64,000 bases of DNA from the NCBI GenBank assembly GCA_964016885.1, contig OZ024757.1, positions 36,022,001-36,086,000 of the forward strand. The letters run 5' to 3'. The DNA is from Eledone cirrhosa. Its lineage: Eukaryota. This document shows positions 22,038 to 34,404 of the stretch, in pieces. The notes beneath the pieces were generated by a model. The model was not told the origin of the DNA and made no database searches. It was given only the letters and a program-made list of their open reading frames with translations. How positions within the stretch are numbered: position 1 is the first letter of the stretch; each line of letters opens with the position of its first letter. A program made the translations under genes and the position numbers.

Positions 22038-25000
22038 CTACAGGAACATCAAAAAAGAGAACAATTATGAGTACAGGGGGAGAAGGAAAAGAAATGAAGA
22101 AGAATTGCAGAACCATACAACTTATGCATGGGACAATTATATATTATATATATATATTTCTATGGCCTAGTTACGTCATCAGATCATGATGTAAGACTTT
22201 AGTGACATCATCAGGTGTGGATTGCAAATATTTGGTAATCGATAACAGGATTACAACAAACACGGACAGAATAGAGAATTCTTAATTCAGAGCTGGCCCG
22301 CTAATTTGGTGTTATTGTTGTGGTGAGCCATCTCTGAATATTTAACTTCATTCCTGCACCAACACCAAGATACCACATCTACGATGGATGATTTGTCTAA
22401 TGTTGAGTGCTTTAACTTATTACATCACAGTGTGCTAACTGGAATTTAGCTTCAAATCCAATTATTTCATTTTCACACATAAAAAGGAAAGGAGTGCCCA
22501 AAGTAAATGCAAATGAAAATTTTCTGAACAAAAATGGAGATGGAAAATAGTGGAGAGAGACACTTGAATCAAGCATCTTTCATGGCTTCTCTGTCAAATG
22601 TCTCCATCTCCAGCGATACTTCCCCTGATTTATTCAACTGTTATCTGTCACTGTAACAGTTCACACTCTATAACTTACTATAGTTCCCTCAGCAATGTCT
22701 CCTGTCACTGTAACAGTTGACACTCTAACTTACCATGGTTCCCTCAGCAATCTTCATTGGTTTTAGCTCCATCGTTGAGCTCTTTTCAAAACATTCAGCA
22801 TCAGGTCCATGGGGGGTCATTATGCTGTGTAAAGTACCTCCACCAGGTAAGAAGCCCGACGCCTGTTGACAAAACAAAGGGAGTTAATACATATGAGCTT
22901 ATACTGACAGGCATTGATAACTTCCCTTGGTTCTATCTCTTTTTAGTTTTATCACTCAGAAAAAACAAATTTATAAGTGGTGACTGATTCAAAGAATCAA
23001 TTTCCTTTGCAGTTGTCTGGACAAGGAGCATGCCCTATACTCACTTATCCTGGGTAGGATTGTAGTTCATCACAAGTTAATTTCCCTTCAAACGTCCAGT
23101 AGTTTCTATCTAACAAGGCTAGGTGAACTGAAGAAAAAGGTCACATATCATCATCATCATGACCATTTAACATCCATTTTCCATGCTAACATCAGTTAGA
23201 CGAGCTGTCCCATTGTGAGGCAAGTGTTTTGCTCACACAGAACTGATTTTGGCTTGGTTTCTGCGTATGAAAAGCCAGTTATACAATTCCTGTGTGAGAT
23301 GCGCGATGCTGCATGGTAGTGAGACATGGGCAGCAACTGCAGAGGATATGCAACGGCTGGAGGGAAATGAAGCAAGCTTGCTCTGTTGGATGTGCAATGT
23401 CAATGTGCGTGAACGACCAAGGATAGATGAGTTGAGAGAGAGAGACTGTGTATAAGAGGGATAAGTTGTGTGCGGGAGAGAAGACTGTGTATAAGAGGGA
23501 TAAGTTGTTGAGTGCGGGGAGAGAAGACTGCGATGGTATGGACATGTGATGTGCATGGAGGATGACCGCTGGGTAAAGAAGTGCCAAGAAATCCCAGTAG
23601 AAAGAAGACGCAGTAGAAGAGGACAACGAAAAACATGGGCGGAGGTGGTGAGAGCAGACCTCAGATCGCTGAAGCTCACCAAGGATATGACAAAGGACCA
23701 TGACAAATGGAGAGATGCTGTGCTGAATAGGACCCGTCCCACCCTTGCAAGCAAGGAAAAGCAGATGTAAAATGATGATGATATATATATATATGTGTGT
23801 TTTTGTGTCATGACAGTTTGGAGAAATGTTTGAAAATTTTAATGGTTACCTTAGCTTCATAAGAACCTTTGATTAGTCCCATAAATTCTGACATACAGTT
23901 ACCTGTAAAATAAAGAGATATATATCCTGAGTAATATCGGGGTGTAACCGCAGTTAAAAAAGGTACTCAATACATTAATAGAGTGTAAGCATCATCATTT
24001 AATATAGAAATGACTTCTACAGGACTAGAACTGTTTCATTCGTATGAAACCATCAGGACATTCCTGATGGTTTCACATGAATGAAACAGTCCTAGTCCTG
24101 TAGAAGTCATTTCTATATTAAATGATGATATATACTATATGTGAATTGATGTATAAAAGTATGTACAGTCTGTAACAGGTAAATTGGGACAAGTTTCAAA
24201 TGGGTATATTTCTAATTGTATAGATTTTGTTGGAGTCTAAATTTTAAATATTACCAGCTTGATTAATCATTTGTACTATTTCTTATTTTAGATTGAACAA
24301 ATTATGAATGTTAAAGAATTAAATCGTAGAAGTGTAATTGCCAAATTATTCTGTGCCAGCAAAACTGCTGGGGAAATTGTTAGAGCCACTATCTGCCAAA
24401 TCTACTGTTTTTAGAATTGTAGCCAATTTGAAGAAAAGTTAGGATGTTCAGAGAAAGCCTCATAGTCCTCGCAATGACTGAAAACACACACCTCGCTTCT
24501 TAGCAGGACTTAAAAGATTGATTGAGTCGAACCCATCAAAATCAATGGTGTAGTTGGCTCAAGATCAAGAATCAGTAAAATGACCATTTCTAGGGCTGTG
24601 AGACAAGACCCCCTCATATGAAATTGTATGTGAGGAAACACTGTAACATCCTAACTACAATCTCCAAACCCTTCGAGCTGAAAGAAGTCCCGAACTTCTT
24701 AGTTATCTGAAACATCATGGCGGAGATGTCCACATCTACATGGATGAAAAGAAGTTCATGGTAGACAAAGTTGCAAACCGTCAAAACTCACAAATAATAG
24801 CATACAACCCTTCCCAAGTTCCTTCAGCTATGCATAGCAAGAATCCAACTTTCAATATGGTCTTTGGAGCTGTTGCAATGGATGGGAAATTGATACCTCC
24901 TCATTTTATTGAAGCGGGTCTTAAAATCAACACAGCAAAGTATCTCAAAATTTTAGAAGTTTTATTGCCTTGGATTAGGAAGCATTACGATGCAAGTCGA

Positions 25001-25441
25001 GTCATGCTTGTACAGGACTCCACGTCTGCTCATTCTTGGAGAAGAGTGCAAGGATTTTTGGAGACAGAATTGCCCATGTTTGTCCCTGAAGATATCTGAC
25101 CCTCTAGCTTGCCAGATTTGAATCTGTGTGATTTTTGGCTATGGGGCACAGTTGAAGCAATATGCAACACAACTTCTCACAATTTTGTCTTCACTGAAGA
25201 CTCCAATTAAGCAGGCATTTGGTAAAAGGAAAAAGGAAGAAATAGTTAAGGCATGCACATCATTTCATAAAGGGATTGAACTGGTAAAGAAAGTAAATAG
25301 CGGTCACATTGACCTGAAGTAAGTGCTCAACACTCCACAATAAATTGGCATAAACATAAAGTTTGCAGTGTTTGATTTTTTTCCGAGTTGTAACAATTAT
25401 AATAAAGGTATTTAAATGGTCCCAATGTACATGTTACACCT

Positions 25442-25483
<42 letters not shown>

Positions 25484-28400
25484 CACCATCACCTCATTAT
25501 CAACATTTTAATGTCTGCTTTCCCTGCTAGCAAGGCTTGGATGTGTATGTGTGTGTGTATATATATATATTGTGTGTGCGTGTCTGTATGCAAAAAGTAA
25601 ATGGAAATAACAAAGCAAACAACACAGTACAACGAAGAAATATATTAGTTTAACGCTTGATATAGTAGGAAAAGGGTCTTTACGTTTCAGACACTAGTCC
25701 TTCATTAGAAAATAGAATGAGAAATAAAAGATGAAATAGAAAGATAGAGATTAAGAAGAGGATGGAATTGAAACATTTTTTAAAGAAAAGCCCATGTATA
25801 TTGAGCCTGCCATATAGGTGCCATCATCATCATCATCTTCGTTTAACGTCCATTTTCCACGCTAGCATGGGTTAGACGGGAGTTGTCCCACTTGAGGCAA
25901 GATTGGTCGGGTGACCATGTCTCGTTCATATAGGACTATCTGGCAGGTTTTCTACGGCTGGGGATGCCCTTCCTAACACCAACCACATTTACACTGGGAA
26001 CTTCTTACCATGTTACCTACACAGTGTATCTATCTATATATCTATATATGCATGTGGGTGTATAAGTGCAATAGTATATGTACATACGGTGATAATATGG
26101 GGGTCTGAAGGTGTGTTCTTGAACAGACCAGCGTGGAGGGAAGATGACAAAGTCTGCGATGGCAGTTCCTGGTTTCTGTGATTGACATGTCAACACTGTG
26201 AATATTGACGGGTCCTGCAACAGAATCGAAAAGGTAATCATGTAATAAGAAGAATACAACATTAGTGGGGGGGGGGGGTAAACCATTTTTGTTACCGTAT
26301 TTCTAACAAAATTCACTCTTGATACATTTCAATTTATTTTGAAAATATTTTGAGGACTTTAGTGAAACATATAGTTTATTAGAGGAGAAGACAGATAGGA
26401 AATGTTGACTTACAGCGTGATCAAATGCTACAGCATTTATGACCATGAATTTGTTGAGGTCGTATTTGAAAGGAGCATAGTTTCCATGCCAGGCAACGAC
26501 ATCAAATACTGTATGATCCTGTAAATAAAGGGCAGAACAGATATTATTAAGGGGACCACATCAAATACTGTGTAGAAATCAGAGTTGTTCCAAGTAGAGC
26601 CCTGATTTCTCCAAATTGAGAGATCACAGCTCTGATATTACGGATATGTGGTTAGAATATCTCAGTAAAGTATCACTGGACATATTTCTAGATCAGAGAT
26701 CTGTTACTTCTCTGAAGTGAGAGATCACATTTCCGATACTACAGGCATATGCTTAGAATGTCTCAGGAAAGAATGACTGGACAGATTTTACCGGCAAAAG
26801 ACCCACAAGCAAGATGGTTGGTTAACATACATGAGCTTGGTTAGTCTCACTTGAGGATCCACCCAGATCAGCTGGAGATGGTTAATAATAATAATAATGA
26901 AAATATTGTGTACAGTGCTCAGGTGCACTACAACTCATCAAAAAGCGTATGTATAGTACATAGGGTAATTTCCAAACGTCAGGAAAATGAACAGTGCATG
27001 AGTCATGATATACACATGTGCATGTGTATGGAAGGGGTACATCAGGTGTAGTTTTGGTGTATTTCGGGAAGCATGAGTGTTTTAAAGGATGCAGTGTCTC
27101 GACAGCTAACAACTGATGCAGGCAGTTTGTTCCATGCTTCAGCAACTCTAAGCGTGAAAAAATGTTTCCAAAAGTCATGGGAGCTGTGCTGTTTTCTGAC
27201 TTTGTAGGCATGTCCACGTGTGTTAGACACATGGAGATCAAAAAGGTGCTCAGGGTTGTTGTTGGCGAGATGGTTAATTACTTTGTGGGTGTTTACCAAG
27301 TCCATTGCCAGACGTTGGAGCTTCAATGAATCTATCCCCAGGGAAGCAAGGCGTTCAGAGTATGGTAGGTGTCTGACGGAGGGTATGTGCTTGGTTCACG
27401 TCTCTGAACAGTTTCCAGGAGGTCAATGTTCTGAGCAAGATAGGGGTTCCAAACTGATGATGCAAATTCCAAGTGTGGTCGTACCACAGCTGTATTAAGC
27501 TTTGGTTGCTTCTGACAAGACCCACTGGACGTAGTGTTTAATGACTCTGCCCCCAAGACACTCTCAGGAATAAGTGAGAGTAGAAGCAGATATTGTAAGG
27601 CAAACACTTGAAATAGAGACATAACAGAGCAGATATTATAATTAGAGGAAGGAGAAGGGTTGCAAATCAGCTGTAATCAGTAGAGCATCGGGGTCGATGA
27701 AATAAAGTAGCATACTCTGGTCAATTTAATTGACTTTGACCCCCTCCCTTCAAATTGGTGGCAATAGTGATGGTGATAGTGGTGTTGGTGGTGATAGTAT
27801 AGTGGTGTTTGATGATGATGGAATAGTGGTGTTGGTGGTGATGATGATGATAATAGTGGTGGTGGTGGTGATGATGGTGATAGTGGTGTTTGATAGTGTT
27901 GGTGGTGGTGATAGTGGTGTTAGTGATGATGTTGGCGGTGGTGGTGATGGTGATAGTGGTGTTAGTGATGATGATGGTGGTGGTGATGATAAGACATTGC
28001 TGTACAACTTACCTGTACAGCTGCAAACAGGTGACCCTGATACTTGCTGACAACAGTGAACTCAGGGACCTCTTTCTCATCATACCATGCAACAGGGGTC
28101 AAAAAATCTCGTGGGTATGCCAAACCATTGGGGCCTGAAACAAAAGGGGACAGTGCTTCTATTGTTGTTGGGACAAGTGAAGGAGACATGAAGATGTCAC
28201 AAAAGACATGTTTAGACAGAATAGAGCATTGTGGGAGATAATGATTCAACATAACAACGACAACAACAACAACATAACAACACAACAACACATCAACAAC
28301 AACAGTACAACAACACATCAACAACAACAGTACAACAACACATCAACAACAAAACAACAACACATCAACAACAACAACAACAACAGTACAACAACACAAT

Positions 28401-29580
28401 ACTACCGTATATAGGAGAATATAAGCCGAGGAATATGTGACTAAAATTTAATGGTAGAAAGGAGGGGGTCAATATTTTGATGATTTTCTACACAATTATG
28501 GTTTGAATTTTTGCCCATTTCTCAGACATAAAATAGGGATGGGTGGTTGGGATCGGCTTATATTTGAGTATATATGGTGTATGAGTGATGCTCACCAATT
28601 GGTCCTGGATCAGGGAGTGTGAAATGTCCATCATAGACTTCCAGGATATATCCACGGCTTTCTCCGGCAACGGAAACACTGAAGCGGATACCTTGCTGAT
28701 AATGTGGAAATATAAGACTGCTTTTTAATTACCTACTACAATAGAGGGACGTCATCATCATCATCATCATCATCATCATCACCGTTTTATGTCCGGTCTT
28801 CCACGCTAGCATGGGTTAGACGGGTTGTCCTGTTGTGGGCAGTGTCCGGTCGGCTGACCTTATCTTGCTCATACGGGAACTGATTCTGGCTTGATTTCTA
28901 CAGTTGGATGCCCTTCCTAACACCAACCTCATTTACAGTGAGTGCTGGGTGCTTTTTTGTTGTGGCACCTCCACAACCACTTTGCAGTGGAATGATAGGG
29001 ACCCCAGTCCTATCATCTCATTTCTACAGCTGAGTAAACTGGAGCAATGTGAAATAAAGTGTCTTGCTCGAGGAAACAACACATCACCCGGTCTGAGAAT
29101 TGAACTCAAAACCTTTCGATTGCAAACCCAATGCTCTAACCACTAAGCCATGCACCTTCACATGTATATATATATATATATACCATCATCATCATCATTT
29201 AACGTCTATTTACCACACTAACATGGGTTAGATGGGTTTGTCCCATTTGAGGCAAGTTGGGTCAGGTGAACCAACTCACTCGTATAGAACTGATTCTGGC
29301 TTGATTTCTATAGCTGGATGCTCTTCCTGACACCAACCTCATTTACAGTGAGTACTGGGTGCTTTTTGTCGTGATGGCTACACTACCACTTTACAGTGTG
29401 GGCTGGGTACTTTTTGCCATGTCACCATCACAACCACTTTACAGCGTGGGCTGGGGCTTTCACTGAATGCATTTACTTTAACCTGTCTTCATGGGAGTAT
29501 ATGTGAGAGTGGGCTGGGGCATACTGTATATATGCTTTGGCTTGTGCTCGTGAGAAGTATACATACATATATATATATAT

Positions 29581-29614
<34 letters not shown>

Positions 29615-30545
29615 GAAATGACAATGGGCTGGGTGGAGTAGGAACTATGTTAGCAGAAAAATGGGTAGATAAGGTAATTGCCGTAAATAGAGTGAACGAC
29701 AGAATAATTAAAATAAGACTAGTCCTAAATAGAACACCTGTGACAATAATATCTGCTTATGTACCTCAGTCTGGTCTACTTGATGTTATAAAAGACAGAT
29801 TCTATGAATCACTAATGCTCACTACCTTCCAAATAACCAACAGTAATTATTGCTGGCAACCTAAATGGTCATGTTGGACAAGATTGTGATGGCTATGATG
29901 GAATCCATGGAGGCTATGGTACCAAACCCATAGCCTAGAAATGAGGAAGGCTTCAGAATCCTGGAATTCTGTGATGCTAATAACCTAACTATCTGTAACA
30001 CAAACTTCAAAAAACAAGACAATCACTTGATCACCTATAGATCAGGGGAAGACGCCAGTCAGATAGATTATATCCTTACTAGAAGACTTGACAAAGTGTC
30101 TGTTGTAAACACTAAATCCCTCTCCCAACATAGCCTCATAGTTAGTGACCTCATAGTCAGGACAAGACGTACTCAACAACAGGGGAGGACTACCCTACGG
30201 AGAAGAATATGGAAGTTGAAGGACCCCACAGTCAATATCAATAACAACACACACTACAATATTAAAACAACAATATCACCAATATCAATAACAACACACA
30301 CTACAACATCCACAACAACAACATTAATCAACAACAGCCTTTACCTGAATAACACAGATTTCATTGTTCTCTACCACCATTTTGCCCATCTCCGTGGTAA
30401 TAGATAGTGTTCCCTGTTCAGGAACTGTAAAAACACAAAATTGAAGAGAACAGGTGTAGTCTATTATACATATTGTAAATCATCATCATCATCATCATCT
30501 TCATCTTCGTTTAACATCCATTTTCCATGCTAGCATGCGTTAGGC

Positions 30546-30580
<35 letters not shown>

Positions 30581-31829
30581 ATGATATTAATAAATGGAAA
30601 CTATATTTATAAAATCCTATTTATTCTATTATATATATTTCAAGGGTACCAAAACTTTGGTACGCTCTCATCAGATAAAATACAAAATTTGTTTTATAAA
30701 TATTGACATATCCAGGAATGAGACCTTAACGGTTCAAGTTTCACCTGGGTACTTTGTATAATATTCTACTTACCAATAAGAAGATCTCCATCAGAGGAAT
30801 AGAAACATCTGGAAAAAGAAAAAAAAACTAGTAAATAACATATGTATTGTTGTGGATGTATGTGTAGATGGAGGCTATGTGTGTGTGTGTGTGTGTGTAT
30901 ATATATAAATACATACACAAATATATATCACCGTTTAACATCCATTTCTCATGCTAGCATGGGTTAGATGAAACAAGATAGATCAGATAACCATGTCTTG
31001 CTTATACAGAACTGATTCTTGCTGCTTTCTACAGCTGGATGCTCTTCTCAACACCAAACACATTTACAGAGTGTACTGGGTGCTTCTTGTTTATAAACTT
31101 ATATAAGCACTCGAAGATAGGTCACAATTTTGATCCCTCTTACATTCTGGAGATATGGTGAATATTGGGCCTTGAAACCTTAAGTAGTGCTTTTGTTCTG
31201 TATATGAACATGAATAAATAATTTATATATGGATTGGCAGTATTGATAGAATGTCAGACACCATGCTTTGCAGCACAGAGTTATGGCCCTTTACGTTTTG
31301 AGTTCAAATCCCACCGAGGTAAACTTTACCTTTTATCTTTATGGCGTTGATAAAATAAACTACCAGTAATACACTGGGGTTATTGCTGGCCTTGTGCCAA
31401 AAGTAGAAACAATTATATATATAGTGTGTGGATATTGAATATATATCATGATGATCATCTCTCTCTGTATATGTATGTAGAGAAAGAGAGGGAGTGTATA
31501 GATGTAGGCTAGGTATACATACATACATCTCTATTCCACACCTCATCCCCTCTCTCTCATTCTCACTCTATCACTCTCTCTCTCTCTCTCTCTCTCACTA
31601 TATATATATATATATACCCATGCAAGCGTGGAAGATGGACGTTAAACGATGATGATGATGATGATGATGATGATATATATTATTAAAATATAAGTATTAA
31701 TAAAATAGATGTTCTTTTGATCAATTACATTTTATTAAACATATTTCAGATGTACAACAGTACGTCCACATCAGACAAAATATAATGATACATGACATAC
31801 CCTGAGATGTTAAATGAGATGTTTAACAC

Positions 31830-31867
<38 letters not shown>

Positions 31868-32375
31868 TATATATATTTTCTGAAAGTTAGCGGAAATTAT
31901 ATTTCCTTTGCCTAACATTTTGAATGACCCGCCAAAAACCGGGGGTTATTCCCCTTGCTGGAAATAACACGTGACAACTAAATATACGATTAGCTGCTGC
32001 TAGCTGCAACATTTAGCATCTCGCCCCGTTCTTTGGTAGAACGAAAACCTGTTGATGAATTGAGTCCTCTGTTTGATCATGAATACCACGAGCTTGCCAG
32101 TCACGTAAGTCTGATATTTGATTTCGGATTCATAGAAACACTTTAAATGTATAACGTTTGATTTGTCCAGGTGTATTTTTTCTCAACCTGTTAGTTCTTT
32201 CGTTACTTTGGTATAGTGTGTTAGATTTTGCCTACCACAATGTTCAATTTGTCAAGCTATTTAAACGTATGTTATTACTCTAAGGACCTACCTTGTCGAG
32301 TGCTTTGCTAACTCATTCATATAGTAGGTCGAATTTGCTTGCACACCGCCAAAGATTCGATTTTACTAAGCATCC

Positions 32376-32420
<45 letters not shown>

Positions 32421-33897
32421 TGAAAACCAACAGGTGCAGGAGTTTTTATTGGCAGCATGACCCTCCCAAAGTATAACAATACATATATATATATATGGCG
32501 GCACATGGCTCAGTGGTTAGCGCATTGGGCTTGCAATCAAAAGGTTGTGAGTTCAATTCTCAGACTGGGTGATGTGTTGTTTCCTTGAGCAAGACACTTT
32601 ATTTCACATTGCTCCAGTTTACTCAGCTGTAGAAATGAGATAGGGACTGGGGTCCCTATCATTCCACTGCAAAGTGGTCGTGGAGGTGCCACGACAAAAA
32701 AGCACCCATCACTCACTGTAAATGAGTTTGGTGTTAGGAAGGGCATCCAGCTGTAGAAATCAAGCTAGAATCAGATCCCGTCCCACCCTTGCAAGCAGGG
32801 AAAAGCGGACGTAAAATGAAATGATGAATGATGATATATATGTATTGTTATACTTTGGGAGGGTCATGTTGCCAATAAAAACACGCACCTGTTGGTTTTC
32901 ACTTCAATTTATTATAAATTTCCGGCTGGTTGGTTCGATAATCGGGTGTGTGTGTGTTTTTATTTATTTATTTATGCTTTATTTACTTGTCCCAAACAAA
33001 ATCCACTGATGGTATGATAGCAATAAATACCAGAGTGTAATGTTCGTCAATGCTCATCCATTCTGTGGGTTTTTATAACTCCAACTACTAGGCTAATTTA
33101 CTTAGTCAAAAACTCTATTCCACCATTGAAATTTCAAATTCTCTGCAGTTTGTAAACAAAGCTAAGCTTTTTATCTTATATATATATACCTACATATATG
33201 TAGAGAGAGAGAGAGAGAGAGATACAGTGTTTAACTGTTGATAGTACAGATACAGAAGAAATGAAATGTATATTTTTAAGAAGGTTTAAATGAACAAGAA
33301 AACTGTTTCCAGTGTGCTTACTTGTTGTCCATGGAAGTATTACAGATATAAATATGAATCGCAATACCATGTCTAGAACGGGGATCTCCGGCACCACACA
33401 ACGTGGACAGACCCTAAAATATATATATATATTCAAAATAGGACAAAGACAATAGAAAAAAAACATTCCCATCTCCTCAGTCAACCTCTGGAAATCACTA
33501 CAGTTTCGGGATATAAAGGTTGATACTTTTCATTCCAGTGCACATTGGGACATAATAGAATAGGTAGAGACAAGTTATACCTTTAGGCAAATATACAAAT
33601 ATAAAGGAAAAAGTATCTCAAGTACATCAACTGACGGGAGAGAACGGTGTGACAAAGGAGAAAAAAAAAATATAGAAAGGAGAGAAATAGTCAAACAGAA
33701 GAGAATAATTTTGACTATAGTCCAAGGTGCAGACAAAGAAGAATAACACTGAGGTGTAGAAAAGGTAAGAAGGGAGAACAGGGGAAGTCAGACCAGGCAG
33801 TGTAATGTCTATTATATGATAGTTTCCAAAAAAGCCTGCATGACTAAGTCTTTAGAATTTAAATTTAAAATAGGAGGTGCACAGGACAAAGACAATG

Positions 33898-33937
<40 letters not shown>

Positions 33938-34362
33938 GATAACAAGTTATCGTTATAGGTAATCCAGTTAGAGGTTGTGAGTACTCCGTATTGAAGATAG
34001 TTTTAGCGTACGGCATTGTTTGACTCAACAAGAGGTTTCTTTAGGTAGCAAGTATATGAGTTCTCAGGAGTTCCTATGTAAGTTAATCTTGGAGTAATAA
34101 TAGTGAAAGAGTGAAGAATAACATGGTCAACAGTACAAAAAGAGTTTTATTTACAGTATTAACAATTGTTTCATTGGTTAAGTTGTCTTAAAATTGCTAA
34201 TCACTTGAAGTTGTGTCACTCAATGTTAAATACTGTGTATGCTTAACCAAATCATCAGAAAAAAAGTTTTACCAATTTTAAGACAACTTAACTAATGAAA
34301 CAATTGTTAATACTGTAAATAAAACCCTTTTTGTACTGTTGACCATGTTATTCTTCACTCTT

Positions 34363-34404
<42 letters not shown>

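Noticed and set aside
22150-22215. Two CTGATGA motifs followed by GAAA-(TA)n on the minus strand
   Set aside because: No convincing stem I and poor stem II.
27730-28050. Gly/Asp/Val-rich ORFs
   Set aside because: Intronic (GGT/GAT)n repeat next to an HGD exon.
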